DNA of 64,000 bases, from contig CAVQXP010000004.1 of NCBI GenBank assembly GCA_963717935.1, positions 672,001 to 736,000 of the forward strand. Direction: 5' to 3'. The notes beneath the pieces were generated by a model. It saw only the letters and a list, made by a program, of their open reading frames with translations. It made no database searches and was not told the origin of the DNA. Positions 60,408 through 64,000 of this stretch are shown in pieces (position 1 is the first letter of the stretch; each line of letters begins with the position of its first letter). This DNA comes from Candidatus Eiseniibacteriota bacterium. GTDB lineage: Bacteria > Eisenbacteria > RBG-16-71-46. The translations under genes and the position numbers were made by a program.

Positions 60408-61719
60408 CTACCAGTGGTACCCGACGCCGATGCCCACCGCGTTGACGAAGGTCTTGTACTCACCCGTGAACGTGTCGAGCGGGGACGGCAAGTCCGGCTC
60501 GAGCGCCACGCCGACGCGGGGCCGCGCGAAGATGGCGAGTTCGTAGACGTCCACCGTCCAGCGCTTGTCGGTCCCGAGACGCGCAGCCCAGGCCCAGCGT
60601 CAGGCCGTGGCGGTCGGCGTCCGGCAGCAGGGGCGTGACCGCGTTGACCGGCGCGGGCGACTTGTCGAAGTAGTAGCCGGCACGGTAGGCCAGGCAGCCG
60701 CGCCGGTACTCGGCCCCGGTGCGGGCCTGCCACGCGTTGCCGTAGTCCTCGATCTTGCGCTTGTCCGGCGTCAGAGCGCTCTCGAAGTCGATCGGCAGGT
60801 CGTTGAAGACCTTCCACTCGTGCACGTTGAAGTCCGCCTCGACCGTCCACGCGGGCTTCGGGTTCCACGCCGCTCCGACCGACCACATGGCGGGGAAGCG
60901 CAGCACCGTGCTGACGCCCTGGTCCTTCAATACCGCGGCCAACTGCTGCGTCCAGCAGCGAGATGCCCGTCGCGATGCTGGTGAAGTCGGCCGTGCCGTC
61001 GTCTATGTGCACCACGACCTTGCTGCGGTAGTAGGCGCCCAGCTTCCACTCGGACGTCGGCGTGAACAGCACGGCCGCGTTCCATCCCGGGGCGGGAGTG
61101 AAGTCCGACGTGAGGTCCACGTCCGCCACGTGTTCCGTGCCGAGGCCGTAAGCGCTCAGGTCCCGGTAGGCCTGGTTCTTGAGCCCCACCTTGGCCCACA
61201 TCACGTCGCCACCGGCCGCGAAGCTCCACTTCTCGTTGGGCGCATAGGCCAGGCAGAGGCTGGCGTTGAGCCCCTGCAGGTCCGCCTTGGTGACGAGATA
61301 GCTGCCCGCGAAGGTCTCCGGGTCCCACTCGACGCCCAGGCCGAAAGGCGAGTTGATCCCGATGCCGACGGCCCAGCGCTTCGCCCAGCTGCGCGAGGCG
61401 TAGACCGTGGGCGGGTAGAAGGTCTGCCGGACCATGTCCGCCGAGCCGTCGGCGCCGGGGTAGGGGGCCTGGCCCGTGAACTCCGTGACGGGCTGCAGCG
61501 CGGTGCCGCCCACGTAGATCCAGGTCCCCTCGAGTCGGGTCATCGCGGCGGGGTTGAAGAACACCGCCGAGGCGTCGTTCACCGAAGCGGTGGCGGCGCC
61601 GGCCATCCCGAGGGCGGCGGCGCCCTGCTCGTAGATGCTGTATCCGGCCGCGTGGGCCAGCGTGGGGAGCAGGACGGCCACGAGCATCGCGGCGGCCAGC
61701 AGGGTCCGGATCGTTTCAT
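60408..61719 (-). CDS. fadL: OmpP1/FadL family outer-membrane long-chain fatty acid transporter (apparent frameshifts near 61710, 60945 and 60585)
   Basis: AGYSIYEQGAAALGMAGA, DASAVFFNPA, SPFGL, YRSKV, RAGYYFDKSP, LLPDADRH, C-terminal GYHW. Confidence 0.87.
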
Positions 61720-61723
61720 CGGG

Positions 61724-63562
<1,839 letters not shown>

Positions 63563-63734
63563 GCCGTGAACCTCAGGCCTTCCAGTGTCCGGAGTCCGGC
63601 CCCGGCACCCGGAGCCCTGTCGCAAGCGAAGCCCGGCACCGAGCCGGGCGTTCGGGAACGGTTAGCCTACTCATGACGTTCCCACAAGCACAAAGTGAGG
63701 AGCCCCGCGCTGGTCCAGGCTGGCCCCTCGTCCG

Positions 63735-63763
63735 TTGACATGTTCGGGGCCCTGCGGGAGAGT
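63735..63763 (+). promoter_or_regulatory. putative sigma70 promoter divergent from fadD
   Basis: TTGACA-N17-GAGAGT. Confidence 0.35.
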
Positions 63764-63897
63764 CGCTCCTCGAGTCCGGAGTTCCCGCCGCAACCGGGTC
63801 CGCCGGGGTGACCGCACCCGCGTCTGCCGGGTGCCCCGGGGGTGTCCCGGGGTGTGCGGGCGCCCAGCGGCACCCTCGCAGTGCCATGGAGGCCTTC

Positions 63898-64000
63898 ATG
63901 CGCATCCCCTCGTCCCCGGTCGCGTGGTGTGCCGCGTTCCCGGTCTTGATTCTGCTGCTGGCTCAGCCCACCCTTTCCCAGCCCGGGCACGGCCGCTCGG
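63898..64000 (+). CDS. 5' end of a secreted protein (partial, runs off window end)
   Basis: GGAGG RBS then MRIPSSPVAWCAAFPVLILLLAQPTLSQ, which resembles a signal peptide. Confidence 0.5.
   Translation, partial: MRIPSSPVAWCAAFPVLILLLAQPTLSQPGHGRS

Overview
Very GC-rich bacterial chromosomal window with no rRNA, tRNA, CRISPR array or recognisable transposase. A diderm FCB-associated lineage such as Ca. Eisenbacteria is suggested by a FlgD/T9SS-like C-terminal domain, DUF5916 barrels and the futalosine pathway; this is inference only. Contents: (1) 0.3-13.3 kb, a tandem array of four paralogous CBM9-like/DUF5916 outer-membrane proteins with an S41 peptidase inside it, preceded by recurring ECF-type AAC-N17-CGT promoters. 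(2) Futalosine menaquinone genes mqnE, mqnA, mqnC and mqnD, dispersed over about 30 kb. (3) RecQ, a TonB-dependent receptor, AIM24, a flavin reductase, a secreted ComEC-like MBL hydrolase, GT9, a thioredoxin-NHL protein and two GT-C-like membrane glycosyltransferases. (4) A type IV minor-pilin operon (FimT/PilV/PilW/PilX-like) behind a sigma28-like promoter; its PilW-like pilin is about 995 aa, with SdrD-B-like and FG-GAP repeats, and no PilY1 follows. (5) hflX, an M24 peptidase, a rhomboid protease, trxA, nnr and a HAD hydrolase. (6) A tandem pair of unknown CxxCP envelope proteins. (7) An MrfA-like helicase / SAM methyltransferase / MrfB-like exonuclease operon. (8) A zinc-ribbon/CxxC-x17-CxxC/cold-shock fusion with a long repetitive leader. 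(9) A degenerate DUF885 protein, a 174-nt multi-branch palindromic intergenic element, and fadD-fadL. Many single-base frameshifts, mostly between 44 and 62 kb, look like sequencing or assembly errors rather than true pseudogenes.
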